Of a stretch of DNA of 59,713 bases, positions 25,267 through 35,552 are shown piece by piece. Under the pieces are notes generated by a model. The model was given only the letters and a program-made list of their open reading frames with translations, was not told the DNA's origin and made no database searches. The DNA is from Patellaria atrata CBS 101060 (taxonomy: Eukaryota): NCBI GenBank assembly GCA_010093705.1, contig MU006110.1:204377-264089 (forward strand). The letters are read 5' to 3'. The position numbers were made by a program, and so were the translations under genes. Each line of letters opens with the position of its first letter. Position 1 is the stretch's first letter.

Positions 25267-27070
25267 ATGACAACTCGACCTAAGCCCTCCTCCCGCGGCG
25301 TTGATTACACCATGCATCGACAATCAGCGGAAAATGGCTTCGGCGGTGACGGTGTCGTTCCTCCTCACTCTTCCTCCGCAAGACATCGAGGACCACATCT
25401 ACCTAGGTACAATCACAATGGTGACAGAGTTACAAAAGGTATTAAGCCTGAGGGCGAGAGTGGGAGGCGTGGAGTCCACCCGTGGAAGTTTTTGAAGATT
25501 AGCTTTAGGAGTACGAGCAGATTAAGCTTGTTTACCAACGTATTATGGCCATTTGTTCCTGCTGCGATCGTTTTAGTGAGTAGTGCATTTCCATAAGACT
25601 CTCTGAGGCAAATTCGTGCTTTCAGTTTATGATGATCAAACCAAAGTAGTCCAACTGAATGAACAATTGGAGACCAAGCAACTCCATCTTGAGCTCTTAT
25701 CTGACAACAAGCTCTTCTTCTTTCTTTCCATTCAATTTGTGCAATGCTCGACTCTAGTTTTGAATTGAAAACTCATACGGTATTATAGCATTATGTCCGC
25801 CCCAAGTATCATCTCTGGATCTTCATTCTCTCTTACATCGGCATGGTACCAAGCGCCAATCTTCTCGGTTTCGCAGGGCAAGAATTCGCACGCAAGATGC
25901 CTAAGGTCCTAGGTATTATCGTCGAGACATCATTAGGTTCCTTGGTCGAGCTCATCCTGTTCATGGTCTTAATTGCCCGCGGAGAGTCGAATATCCCTGT
26001 CATTAAAGCCGCGATTCTGGGGTCTATCCTGGCCAACTTGTTGCTCTGTTTAGGTCTCTGTTTCTTTGCAGGCGGTCTCCTTAGGGACGAACAGACGTTC
26101 CATGAGGCTGTTAGTGAGGTCGGAAGTGGTCTGATGTTGGTTGCTGCCAGTACGTCTCATTGAGCCTCAAACTACTATCTACTATACAAGTATAATTCTG
26201 ACTATATCAGTGGGTCTTGTTACGCCAGCAGCATTTTACCACTCTGTCACTAACGGAGATGCGGCCCAATACGACCGCGAGACTATCAACATCAGCCGTG
26301 CAACCGCAGTTATCCTGCTAGTTGCCTATGTAGTGTATGTTCCTGTCTTTTGTCTCTGACGGGTCTCTTGCTAACGTAAAAAAGCTACGTGTGGTTTCAA
26401 GCACATTCTCACCACGGCCTCTACGAAGATATCCTCGAAGCGGACGAAAAGAAGGACGCAGACCGGCATAAAGACCTTCGAAAAGCTAAACTAACAATGA
26501 CGGAAGCGATTTTGGGCACCGTGATTGCTCTTACATTTGTTTCCCTCATGGCTGTCTTTCTAGTAGACCAGATCCATCATATCGTTGTTGAAAGGGGCGT
26601 TAGTGATCTGTAAGTCTCATTACCCCAGCTATATTCATGTTCGAAGCAGAAGACGTATTTAGAGCACATGAACTAACCACTCCCCAAGCTTCATGGGTCT
26701 CATCCTCGTTCCCCTCGTGGAAAAGCTTGCCGAGCATCTCACCGCCATCGACGAAGCCTGGGATAACCAAATGAACTTCGCCCTCTCCCACGTCCTCGGT
26801 TCCAGCATCCAAACCGCGCTCCTCAACACTCCCTTGGTAGTTCTCGTCGGCTGGGGTCTCGGCCACCGCATGGAGCTCAATTTCGAAATATTTGATGCTA
26901 TAGTCCTGGTGTTGGCGATTTTGGTGGTGGGGAGTTTCCTAAGGGATGGTAAGAGTAATTATCTGGAAGGTGTGCTTTGTGTGTTTGTGTACATCATCAT
27001 TGCGATCTGTGCGTTTTATTATCCGAATCCGCCGAGTAGTGAGGGTGGCGGGGAGGGCGGACATCACTAA
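25267..27070 (+). CDS. Ca2+/H+ antiporter, CAX/VCX1-like
   Basis: Alpha-1 repeat (GSLVELIL..AAILGSILANLLL) and alpha-2 repeat (GLILVPLVEKLAEH..GSSIQTAL), and DGKSNYLEG. Introns near 25577, 26150, 26335 and 26610. Start codon uncertain. Confidence 0.9.
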
Positions 27071-27434
27071 GGGGCGATTAGGGGGATGGAATTTTCTCAG
27101 GCCCAGTTTTAAGGGGCTTGGAGTTTTGTGATAAGTTGTTATAATGAGCGATGCTATTTATTTGCTCACAAGTTGTAAGCAAGCGGATGCTCTTTTCTTC
27201 CCTTTCCTGGTATGCTTTTGGAGCGTTCGAGCGACGAGTCACGAAAACTGGCACCTTGTAATTGTTTGGGATATATATGTTATTCCTCCTTTTACATGGT
27301 GTTCCCTCAGCACATCGAATCGTCTACCTCAGTCTCACAAACAACTCTATGAAACCATTCCCTCGCACACTCATTTACCCCTTACCCCTATCCTCCCTCT
27401 ACGACATCCAGATCAGTACACTGTCATCTCGCGA

Positions 27435-28051
27435 TTACATCTCCACCTTCTCGTCAGAAGCAGACTCGTGGACATTGTTCATATTCCGCCCGCCTGTAAT
27501 GCCGGAGCAATTATTGCAGTTCTCGCAGTCGGTGCAGTTTTGCATATTGTTGCAGTTCTCGCAGTCGGTGCAGTTTTGCATATTGTTGCAGCTCTTGCAG
27601 GAGGTGCAGTTGGTGCAGGCGTTGCAGGAGAGGCAGGAGGTGCAATTTTTGCCTGTGAGGGGAGTTAAATGGACGGGATTAAGAGGGGAGATTGATGTTT
27701 GATTGGTGACATAGTAGGGGTATAGAAAGGGGGATTCAGTGAGGTATGAGGAATAGGAGGGGATAAGGAGGAATGGGGAAGAGGAACGGTAAGGGAATGA
27801 GCAATGAAGGAATACGTGGGAAACGAGGAAGGAACAGTTGTTTTGGAACAAAATAAGCTAAAATTGTGCCCGAAGACTGAAATTGTATAATCAGAATGGA
27901 AGTAAAAGTCCACACAAAGGAGAAGGGAAACAAGGTTTAGATAGAACGGGAATGTGTTTAAGCACTGACAATTGATGCAAGAGGTACAGTTTTCGCAATT
28001 TGTGCAGTCCACACAGCTTTTGTTGTTTTGATTTGCGGTTACGACTGTCAT
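27435..28051 (-). CDS. 99-aa cysteine-rich (C-x-x)n repeat protein, 20 Cys, no signal peptide
   Basis: Exon 1 28051-27970 (GTCAGT donor), intron 27969-27653 (TTAAC branch, CAG acceptor), exon 2 27652-27435; total 300 nt. The splice keeps the Cys register: MTVVTANQNNKSCVDCTNCENCTSCINCKNCTSCLSCNACTNCTSCKSCNNMQNCTDCENCNNMQNCTDCENCNNCSGITGGRNMNNVHESASDEKVEM*. Confidence 0.85.
27516..27587. repeat. Perfect 36-nt tandem duplication inside the Cys-repeat gene
   Basis: GCAGTTCTCGCAGTCGGTGCAGTTTTGCATATTGTT occurs twice and encodes NNMQNCTDCENC x2 on the minus strand. Confidence 0.95.
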
Positions 28052-29105
28052 GGCTAGATATGATTTTCGATACTGTTGCTTCGTGGGGACTTTGAACTTC
28101 AAATACCACTGATATGGAACAGATACTTGTATATTTCACTGTCCAAGTAGTAGAACTCCCTTTTAGATTATAAGGTGGGAGATAGCTAGATAGGGACTCA
28201 AATTATATGGTACCGCAAAAAGGTACTGTATGACGTCTTCTTATCGCGCGTATCTCAGCATTCAGAGGTAAGAGAGTAGGTAGGATTTACCCTTCGCATT
28301 TTACAAGTACAGTATGGATCCCAAGGATCCGCCGGTATGGATGTGTTCTTCAGTCCCACAGTGTATCTCCCAACCTTATGGGTACGGTACGGATGTTCAG
28401 ATGCTGCCGGGTAAGGGGGGCAAAGGTGTGCAGAGGCATTTCGGGCTCACGGCTCTCAAATGTTCCCTGCTCGCCAGTCTTTCCATCATTCTTCCCTTGG
28501 AACTTGTGAGAATTTAGCGCCCGATGGCTGCCGTCGTGCGAGAGCAGCCAGTATGATCATTATCTTCTTAATCTAATCTTTTGAATTCGGCATCTGACTG
28601 TTCAAGGGAACCTTAAGGGTGTTAAGTTGGGCTACGCCTTGCCCAAAAGGGTAAATCACAGATCGCGTCAAGGAGTGACAAGCATGGCATTACGCGGGAA
28701 AGGATCCGCATCCACACTCCAGCCTTCAGCCAAAGTATACCCTCGTGCTTCTCTTTCTCTCACGAACAGAAAACCGTCTGAAAAGTCTGTTTCCATCACC
28801 CAGAGCAATGTGCAAGAACACTACAATCACCAATGGGCCCCAGTCGAAGAAATGGTGGGCATACCGCACCACTCTCTCTGCTAAGCCCCCCACGAATGAC
28901 CGAATACCTGAGGCCGCCTCTACAAGAATCGCTGTCGACTATTACCTCTTGAACCTGACACAAACTGTTCACTGACCAACAGCTTGTGGGCATATACATA
29001 CTGACCCTCAGAACACTTTCCCGACCCCCAATTCCCCAGAATACTCGATACATCGCTATCGTTGCTAGTTTTGTTCAATCTCCCCGTCTAATCAGGCATC
29101 CTCAA

Positions 29106-30031
29106 ATGCGTCTTGCTTCTCTCAAGCTTTCCCTCCTACTAGTAGTCATCTGTCTGTTGATCGGATGCACTTCTGGAGAACCAATGTCTGAGGACGCTGG
29201 CTGGACGGGCGGCTCCACCGAGTACCCATATCCCAGCCCAAACGACCAACTCTTATGTTACATTTGCTCCCTCGCGTCGGCCTGGTGCAAATGTCAAGCA
29301 CAGGTTGAAACAGTATGTATACTCGACACTACTTGTAATTACCGTGCTAATTAGTCCTCTAGACGCAAAGGCCAGATCCAGAACAGAGGATACGTGAGAA
29401 CGAACTTTACCTTCGACATCCATATAGCTGGGAGCGCCATACAAGTCCAATCGATCCAAGACTGATCCAGCGTATCGACTCCCCACAAGCGTCCAATAAT
29501 GATACCGTCTCACCTCCTGACCTGGAGTGGAATCAACGAACAATATCACCCTCCCTCCTTATATTCAGAGAGGAATCTCCTGCTGATATCCAGGAAGCTA
29601 TACCCTCCTGGACGGAAGATACATACAATGCAGGCGATAGAACGGGCCTATCGGACAAGACGAAGCGGATTGCTCCCGTACCTGGCGGCTTCAGATGTGA
29701 CTATCCTGGTTGCAGTATTGTCTGTAATAGGAAGTGCGAGTTAAAGTAAGTCCACTACCTGCTCCTACGCTTTTCCAAACTTTAGCTAATCTTTCCTAGT
29801 CGGCACATGAAGAAACATCTTCCAAAGTCCAGGCGGAATCACAAATGCGAGACTTGCGACGAAAGATTCTTATACCCCAAAGACAAAAGGCGACATGAGG
29901 AATCGGTCCACAAAAGATCCGACACATCTCCTAGATTTGAATGCAATGTGCGACCTTGTCATGCGAGATGCTTCAGTAGGGAAGACAATCTGAGAAGACA
30001 CATTCGCAAGCAACATCCCAACACTGCTTAA
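29106..30031 (+). CDS. C2H2 zinc-finger protein (three C-terminal fingers)
   Basis: FRCDYPGCSIVCNRKCELN/RHMKKH across the intron at about 29746-29800, then CETCDERFLYPKDKRRHEESVH and FECNVRPCHARCFSREDNLRRHIRKQH. An upstream intron at about 29313-29362 joins in frame. Start is either 29106 or 29184. Confidence 0.75.
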
Positions 30032-31072
30032 ACGCGACATTTTTTAATTTTTTTTGGTACTAGATTACCTCATGGAACCTCTTTTTGTCTTCTTGCGCTC
30101 CAAATTTCCACTACTAGCTGAAAGCGTTTTTGGAGTTCGAAAATTGCGCTCTTGGATTTATCGCGCTGTGCAGCTTCCCTTTCTATTCTATTTCTTGTCT
30201 CTTGCTGCGTTTGATACCTAAAGCTCTTTGTTGGCTTCAGAGGCCGTTCGGCTCCGGATTGTTTTAACAGTGGCCATGGGTTCCATGGTCCCACCAAATA
30301 AAGGGTGTATGTGAAGGCTGGGTTGTCTAATCTCCTGGGGATAACATATGTAGGCGTTGGTATTTCTATGAATATTTGAATATATGATCGTCAAGACCTT
30401 TGATAAGATGTCGACGTCTGTGATGAACCTTCGGTTGCGATTCCTGATATGGGCACATGGATCCTACGAGTGGCCATGTCTCGGGGTGATTTGTTGTCAT
30501 TATACTGGACCATAATTCTGATTCATGCGCCCCAATACTGTCTCTGTATTGTACCACCTCTACCTAGCATCCAAGAGAACCCACTGGTGACCTAAACCTT
30601 CAACTGACTCGGCAGGGTGTGGCTGGTGAGCGTTCCGTCCCAGACGGGAGAAGGCATCAGCCTCAACCGTTCAAATTTTAGTTTAATCGTGCTCCTTGAG
30701 AAACGTCAACCACGTACAAACTCCTTCATCTCACGTCTTGTCTCACTTTGTCCTTTGTGTATCCGTCCGGTTATTCTTGTACTGACTGGGCCATGCTGAG
30801 GCCATTTCGGTCGACGAACATTAATAAGGTGCTCAGCTTCATCGCCTCGGTGTGGATTTATCCACCACCGACAACCCCGCCTTAGAGGGGTAGGGAGTAC
30901 GATGTACCGAATCGTAGGAAATGTCCATCGTAGTACAGGGAGTATAATGCGGTGGCACTTCTACTGTAGAAAGATGATTCTGCATTGGTGTCTCTCCTTA
31001 CCCTCCTATTTTCGAATTATATAGCAAATCAATTGACATCTTAACTTCCTATCCCGTCTCTTTTGAGTAAAT

Positions 31073-32879
31073 ATGGTGACCATACTAGACTTCGAGACGA
31101 GAGACGTGAGGTTCCCAGTGAGCAAGTTCCCGGGAGCCAGATGGCATGATTAAACCCAGTGAAACTGATAGCATGTAGACCTCCATGGACAAGACGGGTT
31201 CAGATGCAATGAACGCGGCGGGAGACTACTCAGCAGCTTACTGCATCCTCAAAACCGACAGTCCCCACAGCGGACACGGCATGGTATCCCTCCACATCAT
31301 CACCACCCTAGTCCCTCCCCTAACGTATCCCAGACCTTCACAATCGGCCGCGGAAACGACATCGTCTGCCACGCGATACGCCACCTCGCCGACCGAGTCA
31401 AAGGCAAGAGCCTCGAATCCCTGGTCGAGAATTGGGGCAAGACATGGCGTTATCTAGTAAACGATAGCCAACTCCGCTGGATCGGGCCCGAGAAGGGCGT
31501 CATCCACCTCGCACTCGGCGCCGTCGTGAATGCGCTTTGGGACCTCTGGGCTAAGGTGCTTAACAAGCCTGTCTGGCGCATCGTTGCGGATATGACGCCC
31601 GAGGAGTTCGTTCGGTGCATAGATTTCCGGTACATTACCGATGCGATAACACCCGAAGAGACGGTTGAGATGTTGAGGGAGAAGGAAGGGGGGAAGGCAG
31701 AGAGGATAAAGGAGGCGGAGGCGAATAGGGCGGTGCCGGCGTATACGACTAGTGCAGGGTGGTTGGGGTATGGGGAGGAGAAGATGAAGGGATTGTTGGA
31801 AGAGACGCTGAAGATGGGGTATAGGCACTTTAAGGTGAAGGTTGGGGGGAGCGTGGAGGATGATAGGAGGAGGTTGGGCATTGCGAGGAACGTGATTGGG
31901 TATGATAGAGGGAATGTTCTTATGATTGATGCGAATCAAGTAAGCCGACGTTTCATTATTTTCGACATGTTGCCATGTGTGGTCCTTTTTGGTTTCTGTA
32001 CAGGTGATGTATGCACAACGCGTGCAATTATTTCGGAAATTCTGTGGCTGCTGTACACCTTATGTATGAACAACGCGTACTTTAAGGTTTGAATGCTCCG
32101 CGTTACTGTACATCTGATGTACGAACAAACCTGGAGCTCGACCGCGTCTCCATTCGGTCTCGCACAATCTTTACACTCTAGTCAGAGGTGTCTAGTATGG
32201 CTATCTGTACCGGAACCAAGGATAACCCCAATAGTGGAAAAGACGGTCATATCTTCCCAGCATACAAGATCCCACTAACCATCCTCAGATCTGGTCCGTC
32301 CCGGAAGCGATCGAATACATGTCTCACCTCCTCGAATTCCGTCCCTGGTTCATCGAAGAGCCCACCTCCCCCGACGACATCTCCGGCCACGGGACCATCC
32401 TCCGTGCCCTCGCTCCCCACAACATCGGCGTCGCAACAGGAGAAATGTGTCAAAACCGGGTAATCTTCAAGCAACTCCTTCAATCCCACTCCATCACCGT
32501 CTGCCAAATCGACGCCTGCCGTCTCGGCGGGGTAAACGAAGTTCTCGCCGTGCTGCTCATGGCTGCCAAATTCAACGTCCCAGTTGTCCCGCACAGCGGC
32601 GGCGTGGGACTGCCGGAGTACACGCAGCATCTGAGCACGATCGACTATGTGGTCGTGAGTGGACGGAAGAGCGTGCTGGAGTATGTGGATCATTTGCATG
32701 AGCACTTTTTGCATCCGAGTAGGGTTGATGAAGGGTTTTATGTTACCCCTACCGAGCCGGGGTATAGTGTGGAGATGAAGAAGGAGAGTATGAACAGGTT
32801 TGAGTACCCCGGCCGGGAAGGGGTGAGTTGGTGGAAGCAGGAGGAGGCGAGAGCTATATTGGAGGGGGAGAAGATCTAG
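31073..32879 (+). CDS. lgd1: L-galactonate dehydratase (mandelate racemase/enolase superfamily, ENOSF1-like; fungal D-galacturonate pathway)
   Basis: MVTILDFETRDVRFP/TSMDKTGSDAMN..YSAAY, TFTIGRG, WIGPEKGVIHLA, KVKVG, DANQ, FIEEPT, ATGE and PHSGGVGL motifs. Introns near 31119, 31284 and at 31940-32288. L-fuconate dehydratase activity cannot be excluded. Confidence 0.88.
31996..32130. repeat. Three degenerate ~30-nt repeats at 55-nt period inside the long lgd1 intron
   Basis: CTGTACAggtgATGTATGcACAACGCGT at 31996, CTGTACAccttATGTATGaACAACGCGT at 32051 and CTGTACAtctgATGTACGaACAA at 32106. Confidence 0.8.
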
Positions 32880-33532
32880 GGAGCAGGTATAGCGGGCTAG
32901 TACGTGGTTTGGGGGGTGATGGGGGTTGTAGAAATGACTGGAGAAAGGAATAGCCGTACGGGGGTATGGAGGGGGCTGTGGTGATCATTTGGGACTCAGA
33001 ATAGAGTAACCTTTTAGGAAGTCAGTAGGGACTACCATAGCATGATAATAAATTAGGGAGGCCCTATATGGTAACCATAAGGAGGTTAAAGCATAGCTAA
33101 TGTAGCCTAATACGCAATTGTACATAGAGAAAAGTGGTAATTGCACAATTCGGACAAAAGACACCAGCATTTCACGGTAAATATAGAGCTTGTGTAAAAG
33201 AACAACAGATAATACCAGCCCTATGCAGTAGGAAGAAGGATAGAATTAGTAGAATTCAGACTGTACTAGCCCTTTAGTCTAACCTTTAGGCGATTCTTGG
33301 ACAGTTAATAAGGGTAAATGGGGAATTTATGCATAAAAATAGGCGGTATTTGTACAGATCAGACGGTAATCACTAGCAGAGAAGAAAGTAGTCCAGCGGT
33401 ATGCCCTTTTGCGGGCGAAGATCATCATAATGTATTGTCTTATAGAAAGACGAAAAGCTATCTACTCCAATGTTCCAACCAACTCCAGACACCAAACAAG
33501 ACGCAACGCCAGACCAGAGAGCTAGCGCAGGG

Positions 33533-34866
33533 TTAGTGACGGCGAGGATTCACGAGTGAATCCTCGCTCGTCCTAACCCCGTGTACGTCCGCACCACGGA
33601 GGGTCCCAGCGCGAACTGGGGGGAGCAGGGGGGACGGGGGGCGCACGACAGGTGGACCCATACGGTCAACCCGTTCGGACGAGAAGGGGTAGTTCCTCGC
33701 CCAAGCAGGGTTGCCGGATGGGCCGTACATTGGGTCGTGCGGGTCGCCTGCCGGGGGCGCAAGAGGGGGCGATGGGGCCCTCGTGCTGGCCTGGGGCTGC
33801 ATCTCGATATCGTTTCCACCCGGGTACTCGTGCGCAACTGAGCGGTTGCGGTAGAGACAGGGTATGTGGAAGGAGGGTTGACGAGACGAGATCGAGAGAG
33901 CCCCGAAGAGTTGCGCTCCGAGGACGGGGAGGCAAACCAGCACGAGGGCCACATTCATCTCCATCGCTGTTCCAATTGTCGCTGTACGCTGCTCGCTCAG
34001 ACCGGTGATATGGTCGTTGAACGTATTTATCTTCAGGAACAGGCTGTACACGGAGAGTCCGACGGTCCTATTCGTTTGTCAGTACAGATAGGTGAGAGAT
34101 AGGGGTATAGTACGTACGCAAAAGCGAAAACGAGGATGGTGACACTGTGGAGAAGAGTAGCCAAGCTACGGTTCGGATACAGAGACAAGATCCAAGTCAT
34201 GGATATCATCGCCAGGAATTCCGCGACGATAACAGTGACCGATGCCGTGATGAGTAAAGCCTTGACATTGACGCAATGTGCGCCAGCAGGAGTGACGGAA
34301 GATGCGTGAAACCATCCCATGAATCCGATTGGAGAGCACTGGAACAAGATGGCAAAGAAGAATGCAATGAAGGAGGCCATATTGAAACCAAGGAGGATCC
34401 TGAATATGGTTCGTGCTCGGCGGGAAGGAACATTAAAACCGGGATCAATGCATAGAGCATTAAACGCCATGATTGTGAGGTACATGACGGCAAAGTATAG
34501 ATGTTCGTTGATGTAGGAGAAGTGTTGGAGGCGCAGACTGGCGACAAACGGGACGTCATGCGGGGCGGAGATAAATTCATGAAACTCTTATGCAGTAGTG
34601 AGTAAGATGATGTGGAAGCGAGGTGATAGTGAGGTGACCATGATATGGATGTGAGGGAAAGTAAGCTGATAACGGGGTGACTTACCCAGAATAACAGTAG
34701 CAGTACGAACAGCACAGCAAAAAGATGCAATCATCATAAAAACATCATCCCAGTCGAGATTACGACGCTTGTAGCGGATGATAAGACGGGTGACGACGAA
34801 CGTTTGAGCAATGACCTGACCAACTAGAGTAAGGATAAGGACGTGAAAGAAATCCGGGTCAATCAT
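33533..34866 (-). CDS. PTH11-like (fungal rhodopsin-domain) integral membrane protein, divergent
   Basis: TM1 followed by TRLIIRYKRRNLDWDDVFM (family R..R..wDD motif), ILFQCSPI...AHC, and EMNVALVLVCLP. Pro-rich cytoplasmic tail. Several introns, with a donor at about 34685; internal exon structure uncertain. Confidence 0.75.
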
Positions 34867-35000
34867 TTTGGTAGAGTGAATAAGGTGATATCGGTAGGTG
34901 TGGTAAAAGGGTGTCTGCTATTGCCTTCAGAAAATTAGCAAAGGGAAGAAAGATAGTTAGTAGGGTAGAAAACAAAAACTTACTGTTGTTACCTGCGAGT

Positions 35001-35065
35001 AAGGTTGAAGAAATAAGGTTGAAGAAATAAGGTTGAAGAAATAAGGTTGAAGAAATAAGGTTGAA
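35001..35065. repeat. 14-nt tandem repeat (AAGGTTGAAGAAAT) x ~4.6
   Basis: Perfect copies start at 35001, 35015, 35029 and 35043, with a partial copy at 35057. Lies upstream of the PTH11-like ATG. Confidence 0.95.
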
Positions 35066-35335
35066 TGAAGGTGGTAGAAGATATTTATGTTGACTTTCGT
35101 CGCGTCGTTTGCAGGTGATCCGTGCGGGGAGGTAAGTGAAGGGTATCACCAAGTAACGCGTTGTTGAGAGGTGGAAAGGTGCTTTGTTTTCAAAGGAGGT
35201 TGACTTCAGGGTCCGTGAATCTCAACCGATCGTGACTTTTGTGAAGTATTAGCGTCAGGTGACTGATATGGACTTGAATAATACTTACTTGACTCGAATG
35301 AAGCGAAATAAGGTCAAGTAGAATGTGAACAGGTA

Positions 35336-35552
35336 GAAGACCGGACTGGGCAGCTTCAACTGTCCTAGGAAGGATGAAATGAGGTTGGAAAGGAGCAAAA
35401 GGCCCGGCTGGGCATCTTTAGCTGTCCCTGGAGAGATGAATTGAGGCGGGAGAAGGGTTTGAAGGCTCGATTGGGTATCTTCAACCGTTAAAAGAGATGA
35501 AGTGAGATGAGGAAAGGAGCAGAAGGCTCGACGGAGCATCTTCAATTGCTGT
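35336..35552. repeat. Degenerate ~62-nt minisatellite, about 4 units
   Basis: Core AAGrCyCGryTGGGyAkCTTyArCyGT recurs at about 35336, 35397, 35460 and 35521. Confidence 0.7.

Noticed and set aside
27144..27702. Plus-strand ORFs with AVLAVGAVLHIV or QFSQSVQFCILL repeats
   Set aside because: Antisense shadows of the minus-strand Cys-repeat gene.
31996..32130. CRISPR-like repeat-spacer pattern
   Set aside because: Fungal intron, only three degenerate units and no cas genes; kept as an intronic repeat finding instead.
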